Origin: Bacillota bacterium
GTDB taxonomy: Bacteria > Bacillota_I > Bacilli_A > RF39 > UBA660
Assembly (NCBI GenBank): GCA_015059445.1
Contig: SVAK01000005.1
Location: 4,757 to 68,756, forward strand
Direction of reading: 5' to 3'
Length of the DNA: 64,000 nucleotides
Shown: piece after piece, positions 1 to 9,931 of the stretch
Layout: each line of letters opens with the position of its first letter
Position numbering within the stretch: the first letter of the stretch is position 1
The notes under the pieces: model-generated
The model's database searches: none
What the model saw: the letters and a program-made list of their open reading frames with translations, nothing else
Told to the model about the DNA's origin: nothing
Translations under genes and position numbers: made by a program

Positions 1-57
1 ATGGAAATAGTTTAGAAGAATTTACAAGAAATAATTTAATTGATAAGGATGAAATAA

Positions 58-2187
58 ATGAAAGATAAAGAGATTAATTTTGAGGAAGTATTTAGTAGAT
101 TGAAATTTACGGAAAAATACGTGTTAACTAAAATTAGAGAAGCATATGAATTTGCTAAAGAAGAACATGAAGGTTTAAAAAGATTAAGTGGTGATGATTA
201 TATCACTCATCCGCTTCACGTGGCTAATATCTTGATTGATTTAAATGTAGATGAAGTTACTATTATTGCGGCAATACTTCATGAAGTTTTAAATAATGGC
301 AAGATTGCTACTAAAGAAATATTAGAAGAACGATTTGGGGAAGAAGTTGCCAAAATAGTAGATAGCGTTTCAAAAATAAATAAATTAGAATTAATGGACG
401 AAACTGAATCAAGTGCTAGATATTTAAGAAAAGTTTTAGTAGGTCTTGCTGAAGATCCTAGAGTTTTATATATTAAGCTTGCTGATAGGCTTCATAATAT
501 GCGTACTAATTGGGCTATTAAAGAAGAGAAGCAAAAAGATAAAGCTAAAGAAACTATGACAGTGTTAGTACCGATTGCTCATCGCTTAGGTATTAATTCA
601 ATTAAAAGTGAATTAGAAGATATTTGTTTAAGAGTATTAAAACCAGATGTATATCAAGATATTTTAGAAAAATTAAACAAAACCACTATGGAACTCAACG
701 ACAATTTATTAGAAATGAAAGATAATTTATCCCATTTATTAAATGAAAATGATATTAATCATAAAATTAAAGGTAGAGTTAAAAGTGTATATAGTATTTA
801 TAATAAACTTAATAATGGTCGAAAATGGAGCGATATTTATGATATTTTAGCACTACGCATTTTTGTAGATAGAGAAACAGATTGTTATGCTGTGATAGGT
901 CTCATTCATTCTAAATATCGTCCTGTACCAAAAAGATTTAAAGATTATATAGCTAATCCTAAAGAAAATATGTATCAAAGTCTTCATACCACTGTATTTG
1001 GCAATGATGGAGAGGTTTATGAAGTTCAAGTTAGAACTTATGAGATGGATGAAATTGCAGAAAAAGGTATTGCTTCCCATTGGTCTTATAAAGAAAAGGG
1101 TTCTAAAAAAGTTCAAGCATTAATGGAACAAAAATTAGAAATGTTTAGAAATATTATTGAAACGAATAGCGACGAAAGTGATGCTTCTTTTGAAAGTGCG
1201 ATGAATAATGATTTATTAGGAGAACTTATTTATGTCTTTACACCAAAGGGTGACGTAATCGAATTACCAAAAGATTCAACTCCAATAGATTTTGCTTATC
1301 GTATTCACAGTGGAGTTGGAGACACAACAGTTGGAGCTATAGTTAATGATAATATTGTTCCGTTATCATATGCACTTCAAAATAATGATATAGTCAAAGT
1401 TATTACCAATAATAATGCTACTCCTAATCAAGATTGGTTAAATTTTGTAAAAAGTGGTCAAGCAAAAACTAAAATAAAATCTTACTTCAGTAAAAAAGAT
1501 CGAGAAGGTTACATTGAAAAAGGAAAAAATATCTTAGAAAAAGAAATCAGAAAAAGAAAACTTTCAATTAATGAAGTTTTAAGTGATAACAATTTGAATA
1601 AGATTTATAAAGATTTAAAAATGGATTCTTTAGAAGAACTGTATTTATCTATAGGTTCTTTGAGATACACTGCTGGTTATATCATTAATTTGACTACAGA
1701 AGATAAACAAAATTTAGATGATATTTTAATAGAAAAAATAAAACCTGTCACCAACATTTATCATAGTAAAGATGATGTAATCATTGATGGTAATACAAAT
1801 ATTATGTATTCATTAGCTAAATGTTGTAAACCAGTTAAGGGTGACGAAATAATTGGTTTTATTACTAAAGGTGAAGGCGTATCTGTACATAAAACAAATT
1901 GTATGAATACTAAAACAAAAGAAGATAGACTGATTAAAGTTGAATGGAATGATAAAGCAGATAATACCTATTTAAGTGATATAACTGTTTTAGTAAATAA
2001 TTCTAACTTCTTAATGGATTTAATAACTGAATCAACAAAGGAAAAAATTCATATAGCAGAAATGCGTAATAAGGATTCTGAAAAAGGCACTATTTGTAAT
2101 CTTACAATTAAGGTTAAAAATAAAGAAGAATTAGAACATTTTAAAAATCAAGTAGCTAAATTTAAAAATGTTAAGGTTGTGGAGTAA
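58..2187 (+). CDS. relA: bifunctional (p)ppGpp synthetase/hydrolase RelA/SpoT
   Basis: 709 aa; HD hydrolase motif HPLHVANIL, RLHNMRT, synthetase core, C-terminal TGS/ACT-like region; RBS AAGGATGA upstream. Confidence 0.9.
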   Translation: MKDKEINFEEVFSRLKFTEKYVLTKIREAYEFAKEEHEGLKRLSGDDYITHPLHVANILIDLNVDEVTIIAAILHEVLNNGKIATKEILEERFGEEVAKIVDSVSKINKLELMDETESSARYLRKVLVGLAEDPRVLYIKLADRLHNMRTNWAIKEEKQKDKAKETMTVLVPIAHRLGINSIKSELEDICLRVLKPDVYQDILEKLNKTTMELNDNLLEMKDNLSHLLNENDINHKIKGRVKSVYSIYNKLNNGRKWSDIYDILALRIFVDRETDCYAVIGLIHSKYRPVPKRFKDYIANPKENMYQSLHTTVFGNDGEVYEVQVRTYEMDEIAEKGIASHWSYKEKGSKKVQALMEQKLEMFRNIIETNSDESDASFESAMNNDLLGELIYVFTPKGDVIELPKDSTPIDFAYRIHSGVGDTTVGAIVNDNIVPLSYALQNNDIVKVITNNNATPNQDWLNFVKSGQAKTKIKSYFSKKDREGYIEKGKNILEKEIRKRKLSINEVLSDNNLNKIYKDLKMDSLEELYLSIGSLRYTAGYIINLTTEDKQNLDDILIEKIKPVTNIYHSKDDVIIDGNTNIMYSLAKCCKPVKGDEIIGFITKGEGVSVHKTNCMNTKTKEDRLIKVEWNDKADNTYLSDITVLVNNSNFLMDLITESTKEKIHIAEMRNKDSEKGTICNLTIKVKNKEELEHFKNQVAKFKNVKVVE

Positions 2188-2189
2188 GA

Positions 2190-2633
2190 ATGAAAGTAGT
2201 TATTCAAAGAAGTTTATATAGTAATGTAGTAATTGAGAATAAAGTCTTTAATGAAATATCCAATGGTTTAGTTATATTTTCTTGTTTTACTGAGGGAGAT
2301 ACAACAGAAGATATTAGTTACATAATAAAAAAAATTACTAATTTAAGAATTTTTGACGATGAAGATGGAGTTATGAACAAAAGTATATTAGATACTGATG
2401 GACATATATTATCAATAAGTCAATTTACATTATATGCTGATACTAAAAAAGGTAATAGGCCAAGTTATATTAAAGCATTAAATGGGCTAGAATCTATTAA
2501 ATTATATGAATTATTCAATGAAGAATTAAATAAAATAGTACCAACTGTTACAGGTATATTTGGAGCTGATATGAAAGTGAATATTACTAATGATGGCCCT
2601 GTAACGATAATAATAGATAGTAAAAATAAATAA
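2190..2633 (+). CDS. dtd: D-aminoacyl-tRNA deacylase
   Basis: 147 aa; SQFTLYAD and NDGPVT motifs typical of Dtd; translationally coupled to relA as in Firmicutes. Confidence 0.85.
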   Translation: MKVVIQRSLYSNVVIENKVFNEISNGLVIFSCFTEGDTTEDISYIIKKITNLRIFDDEDGVMNKSILDTDGHILSISQFTLYADTKKGNRPSYIKALNGLESIKLYELFNEELNKIVPTVTGIFGADMKVNITNDGPVTIIIDSKNK

Positions 2634-2644
2634 ATTTTGATAAA

Positions 2645-2676
2645 ATAATCCTACCTAAAAGTGGGATTATTTTTAT
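2645..2676 (+). terminator. rho-independent terminator after dtd
   Basis: 10-bp stem ATAATCCTAC/GTGGGATTAT (one G-U) followed by TTTTTAT. Confidence 0.5.
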
Positions 2677-2933
2677 GAAAAAAAGTTTACTCAAAAATAA
2701 AGATTTATGCGCTAAATGTGGTGAAAAATGTTTCAAAGCGAGAGGCTGTATATATTTTGTAACAGATTTTGAAAGTATGAAGTTTGATTATTTAGAAAGC
2801 ATACTAGATACTGGTAGAGTTTCTATAAAAGCTCAATTACATTTCACTTTCAATTAAATAAAATTAATAGAATTTCTTATATTATTGACAATAGTTTCTA
2901 ACTTTATTAAAATAAATTTAGGAGGATTTTAAA

Positions 2934-3821
2934 ATGGTAGTTATAAATAATTTTGATTTGGAGAGAGTGATTTTAGCTAAAAAATGTGCTGAGGCATTAG
3001 GTTTAAAAGAAATTCCATCAATTCTATATGAATTCGGTGTTAATGTTTCAGAATTACCTGAAGATACTAAGGCTAAAATCTCAGGCAGTATTCCAGAAAG
3101 TAGTTTATTAAGTATGGGGCTTGTATATAAATATAATGGAACTTTAACTTTTATTAATTCAAATGGACATACAATGGTTGTGCCGTCTTGCAATGTTATT
3201 GAAAATCTATTAAAAGAATGTGGTTATTTAATTTGTGATTACGGGAAGTCTGTACCCCCTATGGAAAATTCTGCTCAAGATTCTTATAGTTATAAGAGAG
3301 AATTAGAAAAATATAGAAAAAAATATACTTTACCACAAGAATTAGCAGAGCAAATATATAGACAAGAAAATACTGCATATTCTTCTAGTTTTAGTGATGA
3401 GTATGCGTACGATGTTTTTGATAGAAAATATTATAGAGGAGGTCTAATAGGAGCAGAAGATTCTAGAGCCATTGCTGAAGTTTCGGACTTACGAAGCAAA
3501 GTTATTAGAATTTTACTTTCTTTTCATAATGGAACTCCGGATTTGTCGCATAATGCCCTAAATGTTTTAACCATAGAAGATTATCTTTTATATGTTAAAG
3601 AACATAACATTTTATGTGATAAAATATATTATGCTGATAATGGTTTGTTTAAGGTATTTTACAGAGAACAGTTAGATGCTAGAGCAAGAAAAGAAAAGGC
3701 AGCTGCACTTGCGGCTCGGCCTACTATTTCTGGTCTTAATGCAAATGGAGATCTTACAACAGATCCCAATCAAATTGTTTCTCATGAGACCGTTATTAAT
3801 CCCGGAAACCCTAAAAGATAA
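2934..3821 (+). CDS. hypothetical protein (295 aa)
   Basis: long ORF with strong RBS AGGAGGATTTTAAAATG; no recognisable motifs. Confidence 0.5.
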   Translation: MVVINNFDLERVILAKKCAEALGLKEIPSILYEFGVNVSELPEDTKAKISGSIPESSLLSMGLVYKYNGTLTFINSNGHTMVVPSCNVIENLLKECGYLICDYGKSVPPMENSAQDSYSYKRELEKYRKKYTLPQELAEQIYRQENTAYSSSFSDEYAYDVFDRKYYRGGLIGAEDSRAIAEVSDLRSKVIRILLSFHNGTPDLSHNALNVLTIEDYLLYVKEHNILCDKIYYADNGLFKVFYREQLDARARKEKAAALAARPTISGLNANGDLTTDPNQIVSHETVINPGNPKR

Positions 3822-3974
3822 TATTTATAAAATATCACAAAATATCAAACTTCGTTTGTTAAAACGAGGTTTGATATTAGTTAAATTAATAAATATAATG
3901 CTGTTTTTAAATAAAGGAAAAATATCAATTTCTGAATAATTATTGACTAAATTTTCAATTCGTAATAAAATAAA

Positions 3975-4175
3975 GACATATAAATTTTCTATGGAAAGAA
4001 AAGTAGTTTATTAAAAAAAGTTAGCAGCGAAGACGGTTGGTGAGAAAGTCGAACGAGTTAATAGATGAAGACACTTTCATAATTAGAAACGCATAGTTAG
4101 CGATAAAATTAGAGACCTAGAAGTAAGGTGGTACCGCGATAAATTTCGCCCTTACGCTTCTAGGTCTTTTTTAAA
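3975..4175 (+). promoter_or_regulatory. T-box riboswitch leader upstream of hisS
   Basis: promoter TTGACT-17-TAAAAT at 3943-3971; T-box consensus AAGGTGGTACCGCG at 4124-4138; terminator stem GAGACCTAGAAG/CTTCTAGGTCT followed by TTTTTT ending 4172. Confidence 0.6.
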
Positions 4176-4190
4176 GAAAGAAGGAATAAA

Positions 4191-5453
4191 ATGATAACTA
4201 AACCAAAAGGAACTACAGATATTACAGGAAATGATGCACTTCTTTGGGAATATGTAAATCAAGTAGTAAGTACTATGGCTCAAACTTATAATTATGAATT
4301 TATAAGAACTCCAGTTTTTGAATCAAGTGAATTATTTCATAGAAGTGTTGGTGAAACTTCTGATATAGTTCAAAAAGAAACTTATGATTTTAAAGATAAA
4401 GGAGATAGGAATTTAACATTAAGACCAGAGGGAACTGCTGGTGTTGTAAGAAGTTATATTGAAAATAAATGTTATGCGGAGCCGGATGTAAAAAAATACT
4501 ATTATAACGAGACTATGTATCGTTATGAAAGGCCACAAACTGGAAGAATGCGTGAATTTACTCAATTTGGTGTAGAAGTGCTTGGAAGCAATGATCCCTT
4601 AGTAGATGCCGAAGTAATTAGTTTCCAATATTATATTTTAAATGCACTACATATTGAAAATTTACAAGTAAACATCAATTCTTTAGGTGATGCTGAGTCA
4701 AGACTTAACTATAAAGAAGCACTAGTTAAATATTTAGAGCCACATATCAATAATTTATGTGAAGACTGTAGAGAAAGATTTAAAACTAATCCGCTTAGAA
4801 TATTGGATTGCAAAGTTGATGCGGATAGCGAAATACTTAAGAATGCTCCTAAAACAATTGACTATTTAAATAAAGAAAGCAAGGAAAGATTCGAAACTGT
4901 TTTAAAATACTTAGACATTTTGGATGTAGACTATGAAGTTAATCCAAGAATAGTAAGAGGTCTTGACTATTATGATCATACCGTGTTTGAAATAGTATCA
5001 TTAGATAATATGGATACCAAGGCAAATGTTTTAGGCGCTGGTGGTCGTTATAATAAACTGATTAAAGAATTAGATGGCCCTGAATCTTACGGTATCGGTT
5101 GGGCTTGTGGTATGGATAGAATTATTAATATGTTAAAAGAAATCAATTTATATAAAGATGTAAAAAAACAAGTAGAATGTTATGTAATGTATGTTTCTGA
5201 AGAAGAAAAAATGTATGCATTAGAAATTACTCAAAATTTAAGATTAAATGGAGTTGTTACGGAGACAGATTGTTTAAATAAAGGATTAAAAGGGCAATTT
5301 AAACAAGCTGATAGATTAAATGCAAAATTGTTGGTTATTTTAAATAATGAAGATTTAAGTAAAGGCTTGGTAAATATCAAAGATAATGCCACAAAAGATG
5401 AAGAAAAAGTAGATTTAGATGAAGTAGTAGAACAAGTTATTGGTAGATTATAA
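4191..5453 (+). CDS. hisS: histidyl-tRNA synthetase
   Basis: 420 aa class II aaRS; motifs RPEGTAGVVR, FQFGVEVLG, GGGRY typical of HisRS. Confidence 0.9.
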   Translation: MITKPKGTTDITGNDALLWEYVNQVVSTMAQTYNYEFIRTPVFESSELFHRSVGETSDIVQKETYDFKDKGDRNLTLRPEGTAGVVRSYIENKCYAEPDVKKYYYNETMYRYERPQTGRMREFTQFGVEVLGSNDPLVDAEVISFQYYILNALHIENLQVNINSLGDAESRLNYKEALVKYLEPHINNLCEDCRERFKTNPLRILDCKVDADSEILKNAPKTIDYLNKESKERFETVLKYLDILDVDYEVNPRIVRGLDYYDHTVFEIVSLDNMDTKANVLGAGGRYNKLIKELDGPESYGIGWACGMDRIINMLKEINLYKDVKKQVECYVMYVSEEEKMYALEITQNLRLNGVVTETDCLNKGLKGQFKQADRLNAKLLVILNNEDLSKGLVNIKDNATKDEEKVDLDEVVEQVIGRL

Positions 5454-5479
5454 GAATAGAAAGAAGGAGGACGTAAATA

Positions 5480-6859
5480 ATGGATTTAAGAGATTTATTT
5501 AAAAACTTAGATGAATATTTAAACAAGGAAATTACTATTTGTGGATGGATTCGAAATCATCGCGATCAAAAAACTTTTGGTTTTATTGATTTTTCAGATG
5601 GAACTTGTCATGAACATTTACAAGTTGTATATAATAACAATTTAGAAAATTTTGAACAAATAACAAAATTTTCTTTAGGGAGTGCAATTGAAGTAACCGG
5701 CACTTTAGTAGAATCGGAGGGAACTCAAGATTACGAATTAAAAGCTACTAAGGTAACACTTTTAGGTGATTGTCCTGGCGATTACCCACTTCAAGCTAAG
5801 GGAAGACCAACAAGAGAATTTTTAAGAGAAATAGCTTATTTAAGACCTAGAACTAATTTATTTCAAGCAGTTTTTAGAGTAAGAAGTGTGGCAGCATACG
5901 CTATTCATAAATATTTTCAAGATAGAGGATATGTTTATGCACATACCCCATTAATTACAACAACAGACTGTGAAGGTTCTGACCAAATGTTTAAAGTAAC
6001 TACTTTAGATTTTAATAATTTACCTAAAGATAAAGATGGAAAAGTAGATATGACTAAAGATTTGTTTAGTAAACAATCATATATTACTGGAACAGGGCAG
6101 CTCCATGGAGAGGCGATGGCGATGGCGTATAAAAAAATTTATACTTTTGGGCCAACATTTAGAACTGAAAAATCAAATACCAAAACTCATGCTAACGAAT
6201 TCTGGATGATTGAACCAGAAATAGCTTTTTGTGATTTAAATGGCTTAATGGATATTGAAGAAGAAATGTTAAAATTTGTAGTTAAATATGTGTTAGATAA
6301 TTGTTTAGGCGAAATAGAATTCTTTGATAAATTTGTTGAAAAAGGATTAAAAGAAAAATTAACAAAATTAGTGAATTCGGAATTTGTTAGAATTTCTCAT
6401 CATGATGTGATTGATATTTTAAAAAATGCCGACATTAAATGGGAATTTGCTCCAGATTATGGTGAAGATATTGCTAAAGAACATGAAAAATATATTACTG
6501 AATACTTTAATGGGCCAGTATTTATTACTAATTGGCCAAAAGATATTAAAGCTTGGTATATGAAAGTTAACGAAGATGGAGAAACCGTGGCAGCTGTAGA
6601 TTTAGAAGTTCCTGGTGCTGGGGAACTTATGGGTGGTTCTCAAAGAGAAGAAAATTACAAAAAATTATTACAAAGAATGGAAGAAATGGGTGTAGATAAG
6701 GAACCGGTTGAATGGTTCTGCAATTTAAGAAAATTTGGAGGATGTGTTCACTCTGGTTTTGGAATGGGATTTGAAAGATTGCTTATTTATCTTACAGGAG
6801 TAGAAAACATTAGAGATGTTATACCATTCCCAAGAACTCCAGGTAATTGTGAATATTAA
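5480..6859 (+). CDS. asnS: asparaginyl-tRNA synthetase
   Basis: 459 aa class IIb aaRS; FRTEKSNTKTHANEFWMIEPEIAF; C-terminal GFGMGFERLL...FPRTPGNCEY characteristic of AsnRS. Confidence 0.8.
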   Translation: MDLRDLFKNLDEYLNKEITICGWIRNHRDQKTFGFIDFSDGTCHEHLQVVYNNNLENFEQITKFSLGSAIEVTGTLVESEGTQDYELKATKVTLLGDCPGDYPLQAKGRPTREFLREIAYLRPRTNLFQAVFRVRSVAAYAIHKYFQDRGYVYAHTPLITTTDCEGSDQMFKVTTLDFNNLPKDKDGKVDMTKDLFSKQSYITGTGQLHGEAMAMAYKKIYTFGPTFRTEKSNTKTHANEFWMIEPEIAFCDLNGLMDIEEEMLKFVVKYVLDNCLGEIEFFDKFVEKGLKEKLTKLVNSEFVRISHHDVIDILKNADIKWEFAPDYGEDIAKEHEKYITEYFNGPVFITNWPKDIKAWYMKVNEDGETVAAVDLEVPGAGELMGGSQREENYKKLLQRMEEMGVDKEPVEWFCNLRKFGGCVHSGFGMGFERLLIYLTGVENIRDVIPFPRTPGNCEY

Positions 6860-6869
6860 GGAGAAGTTT

Positions 6870-8159
6870 ATGGAAAGAAGTTTAATTAAAAATTTAGAAG
6901 AAAATAAGTTAAGTAAAATATCAGGGGTAGTATCTAAAATAAGAGATACTAAATATATGGTATTTATAATGTTAAAAGATAGAAGTTCTTTTATCCAAGT
7001 ATCTATTGATAAAAACGAACAATCAAAATTAGCTGACAAAGCCTTAGAAATTACAACTGGAAGTATTGTAGCTTTTGAAGGAGAAATGAAGTATTCGGAA
7101 TACGTAAAAAATGGTGGCAAAGAATTTATTCCTTCTTCAATAGAAATTATTTCTCTAGCAGAAACTATTCCTTTGGAAGAAAATGCTAATTCGGACACAA
7201 AGTTGGACTATAGATGGCTAGACTTAAGAAACGATAAGAATGAATATACTTTTAGAATTCAATCGGCTTTTATTGAGTATATGAGAGAATATTTATATAA
7301 AGAGGAATTTACAGAAATTCACACACCTAAATTATTAGGAACAGCATCTGAATCTGGGAGTGATGTATTTGAAGTAAAATACTTTGATAGAAAAGCTTAT
7401 CTTGCACAAAGCCCTCAATTTTATAAACAAATGGCGATTGCTAGTGGACTTGAAAGGGTATTTGAAGTAGCACCGGCTTTTCGTGCCGAAAACTCCAATA
7501 CTAATCGTCATTGTACGGAATTTACTTCATTTGATGTAGAGTTAGCTTATATTAATTCGTTTTACGATGTAATGCATCTAGAACAAGAAATGTTAAAATA
7601 TGCATTAGGAAAATTAAAAGAAAATTATGGAGACATTATTAAAGAAAGATATGATATGGAAATTATCGTACCGACTGGTGACTTTCCAGTGATTAAATTG
7701 GAAGATTTATTAAGTGAATTGAACAGAAGATATGGCTATGTTATTCCAGAAGGCGATATTGGTGATATGAATGCAGAGACTGAAAAACTAGCATATAAAT
7801 ATGCAATGGAGGAATATAATTCAGAGTTCTTATTTGTTACAGATTTTAAAAAGGAAAAAAGAGCATTTTATCATATGAGAGAAAATGATATTCCTCAGGG
7901 ATATGACTTAATTTGGCGTGGCATGGAAATTACTACCGGTGCTCAAAGAGAGCATAGATATGAAAAACTATGTAATCAAGCTAAAGAAAAAGGCCTTGGT
8001 AAAGATGTCGAATTCTATTTACAATTCTTTAGATATGGTTGTGCTCCGCATGGTGGATTTGCTATTGGTGTAGATCGCTTGACTTTGTTATTGCTTGGGT
8101 TTGATCACATTAGAGATGCTCAATTTATCTTTAGAAATCCAAGTAGATTAAATCCATAG
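6870..8159 (+). CDS. aspS: aspartyl-tRNA synthetase, type 2 (archaeal-like, probably non-discriminating)
   Basis: approx 430 aa from ATG 6870 (RBS AAGGAGAAG); FRAENSNTNRHCTEFTSFDVELAY, GGFAIGVDRL, C-terminal RLNP; immediately upstream of gatCAB. Confidence 0.75.
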   Translation: MERSLIKNLEENKLSKISGVVSKIRDTKYMVFIMLKDRSSFIQVSIDKNEQSKLADKALEITTGSIVAFEGEMKYSEYVKNGGKEFIPSSIEIISLAETIPLEENANSDTKLDYRWLDLRNDKNEYTFRIQSAFIEYMREYLYKEEFTEIHTPKLLGTASESGSDVFEVKYFDRKAYLAQSPQFYKQMAIASGLERVFEVAPAFRAENSNTNRHCTEFTSFDVELAYINSFYDVMHLEQEMLKYALGKLKENYGDIIKERYDMEIIVPTGDFPVIKLEDLLSELNRRYGYVIPEGDIGDMNAETEKLAYKYAMEEYNSEFLFVTDFKKEKRAFYHMRENDIPQGYDLIWRGMEITTGAQREHRYEKLCNQAKEKGLGKDVEFYLQFFRYGCAPHGGFAIGVDRLTLLLLGFDHIRDAQFIFRNPSRLNP

Positions 8160-8171
8160 AAAGGAGTTATC

Positions 8172-8468
8172 ATGAGTAAATTTACTAAAGAATTAATTAA
8201 TGATTATGCTGAAAAATTACTTATCGGATTAACTGATGAAGAAACCGATATCATTTTAGAAGAATTTGATGTTATTGAGCAGAATATGGAACTTATAGCA
8301 AATATACCCAATATTAGTGAAGTTTCTCCAATGACTCATACCCTAGATAATTTTGAATTTATCTTAAGAGATGATGTTAAAGAAGAGGGTATAGAAGTAG
8401 ATAAATTATTACAAAATTGTGATAAAACTTGCGGTAGAGAAGTAGAAGTACCAAAGGTGGTGGGCTAA
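8172..8468 (+). CDS. gatC: Asp/Glu-tRNA amidotransferase subunit C
   Basis: 98 aa, position and size upstream of gatA with overlapping stop/start. Confidence 0.8.
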   Translation: MSKFTKELINDYAEKLLIGLTDEETDIILEEFDVIEQNMELIANIPNISEVSPMTHTLDNFEFILRDDVKEEGIEVDKLLQNCDKTCGREVEVPKVVG

Positions 8469-9931
8469 TGTATACAACTAAAACCATAGAAGAATTACAC
8501 GAATTACTAATAAATGGGGAGATAACTAGTAAAGAATTAGTTCAAGAATCGATAGATAAATCTTATAAAATTAAAGAGATTTGTAATGCTTTTGTTACAA
8601 TTATAGACAATCCTAAAGAAGGAAATGTTGCAGAAGAATTGCTTTCTGGTATTCCTTATGGAATAAAAGATAACTATTCTACCGAAGGAATACTTTCTAC
8701 TGGTTCATCAAATACCCTAAAAGATTATATACCTTTCTTTAGTGCTACAGCAGTCAAAAACTTAGAAAAGCATGGTGCGATAGCAGTTAACAAAACTTCA
8801 ATGGATGAATTTGGTATGGGCGGTACAGGTACTACATGCCATACGGGTATTGTAAGAAACCCATGGAATTTAAATCATATTACAGGCGGTTCTTCGGCCG
8901 GAAGTGCTGCTGCTGTCGCTGCTGGCGTATATCCATATGCATTAGGAAGCGATACTGGTGATTCAATTAGAAAGCCGGCTGCTTATTGTGGAATAGTAGG
9001 TTATAAACCTACATATGGAATGATTAGTCGTTATGGTTTATTTCCTTATGCATCTAGTTTAGATCATTGTGGTTGCTTAACACGTTCAGTTAAAGACGCA
9101 GCTATTGTGGTTGATGCTATGAAAGGTATTGATGTTAAAGATCAAACTAGTTGGGATTCAAGTCATATTCATTTATATGAACGTATTAATGGTAATATAG
9201 AAGGGAAAAAATTATTTTATATAAAAGAAATAGTTAATATAGAAAATTATCCTAACGCTTCAGATAAATTAAAAATTCATTTAGATAATTTCCAAAAAAG
9301 TTTAGATTTATTAAGAAATAAAGGTGCGCAAATTGAAGAGGTCAGCATTGATGAAAATTTAATTAAAGCTATACCAAGTGTTTATGAATGTATTTCGCGT
9401 GCTGAAGCGACTAGTAATATGTCTAATTTAACTGGAATTAGTTTTGGTCCTAGAGGAAATGGCAAAAATATAGTAGAAATGATGAAAGATTATCGTACTA
9501 ATGGATTTTCTTCAATGATTAAAAGAAGATTTGTAGTAGGAGCTTTTGTACTACAAAAAGAAAATCAAGAAAAATATTTTGTTAATGCTCAAAGAGTAAG
9601 AAGATTATTGGTGGATAAAATGAACAAATTATTTGAGAATTATGATGCTTTAATAATGCCAGTTAGTACTGGTTATGCTCCCACAATTGATGATAGCAAG
9701 GATGGCATCACAAATGAAGAAACTATTGTTTTAGAGGAACATTTACAAATAGGTAATTTTGGCGGTTTTCCATCAATCACAATTCCTAATGGATTTATAA
9801 ATAACTTACCAGTGGGAATTAATATTACTGGCAAATGTTATGATGATGAAAATGTACTAAACATAGCATATGCTTTAGAATGTGAAATGCCTTATAAAAA
9901 TCAAGTGGCTAAATTAAAGGAGGATAATTAA
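8468..9931 (+). CDS. gatA: Asp/Glu-tRNA amidotransferase subunit A (amidase)
   Basis: 487 aa amidase signature GGSSAGSAAAVAAG, KDN motif. Confidence 0.9.
   Translation: MYTTKTIEELHELLINGEITSKELVQESIDKSYKIKEICNAFVTIIDNPKEGNVAEELLSGIPYGIKDNYSTEGILSTGSSNTLKDYIPFFSATAVKNLEKHGAIAVNKTSMDEFGMGGTGTTCHTGIVRNPWNLNHITGGSSAGSAAAVAAGVYPYALGSDTGDSIRKPAAYCGIVGYKPTYGMISRYGLFPYASSLDHCGCLTRSVKDAAIVVDAMKGIDVKDQTSWDSSHIHLYERINGNIEGKKLFYIKEIVNIENYPNASDKLKIHLDNFQKSLDLLRNKGAQIEEVSIDENLIKAIPSVYECISRAEATSNMSNLTGISFGPRGNGKNIVEMMKDYRTNGFSSMIKRRFVVGAFVLQKENQEKYFVNAQRVRRLLVDKMNKLFENYDALIMPVSTGYAPTIDDSKDGITNEETIVLEEHLQIGNFGGFPSITIPNGFINNLPVGINITGKCYDDENVLNIAYALECEMPYKNQVAKLKEDN

Noticed and set aside
853-1116. Antisense ORFs inside relA, the DUF285 gene, paralog 4, etc. 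(853-1116 -, 12304-12549 +, 19710-19910 -, 20110-20400 -, 26737-26961 +, 29948-30166 -, 46259-46657 +, 54848-55666 +)
   Set aside because: Fully embedded in well-supported genes on the other strand. Low-complexity translations, no RBS. Typical spurious ORFs of AT-rich DNA.
2675-2857. 60-aa Cys-containing ORF after dtd
   Set aside because: Its ATG lies inside the U-tract of the dtd terminator. It has no RBS or promoter. Kept out of the feature list as probably non-coding.
3676-3939. 87-aa ORF overlapping the 3' end of the 2934-3821 gene
   Set aside because: Out-of-frame overlap, Leu/Ile-rich low-complexity translation, and the region forms a long terminator-like hairpin (3844-3881).
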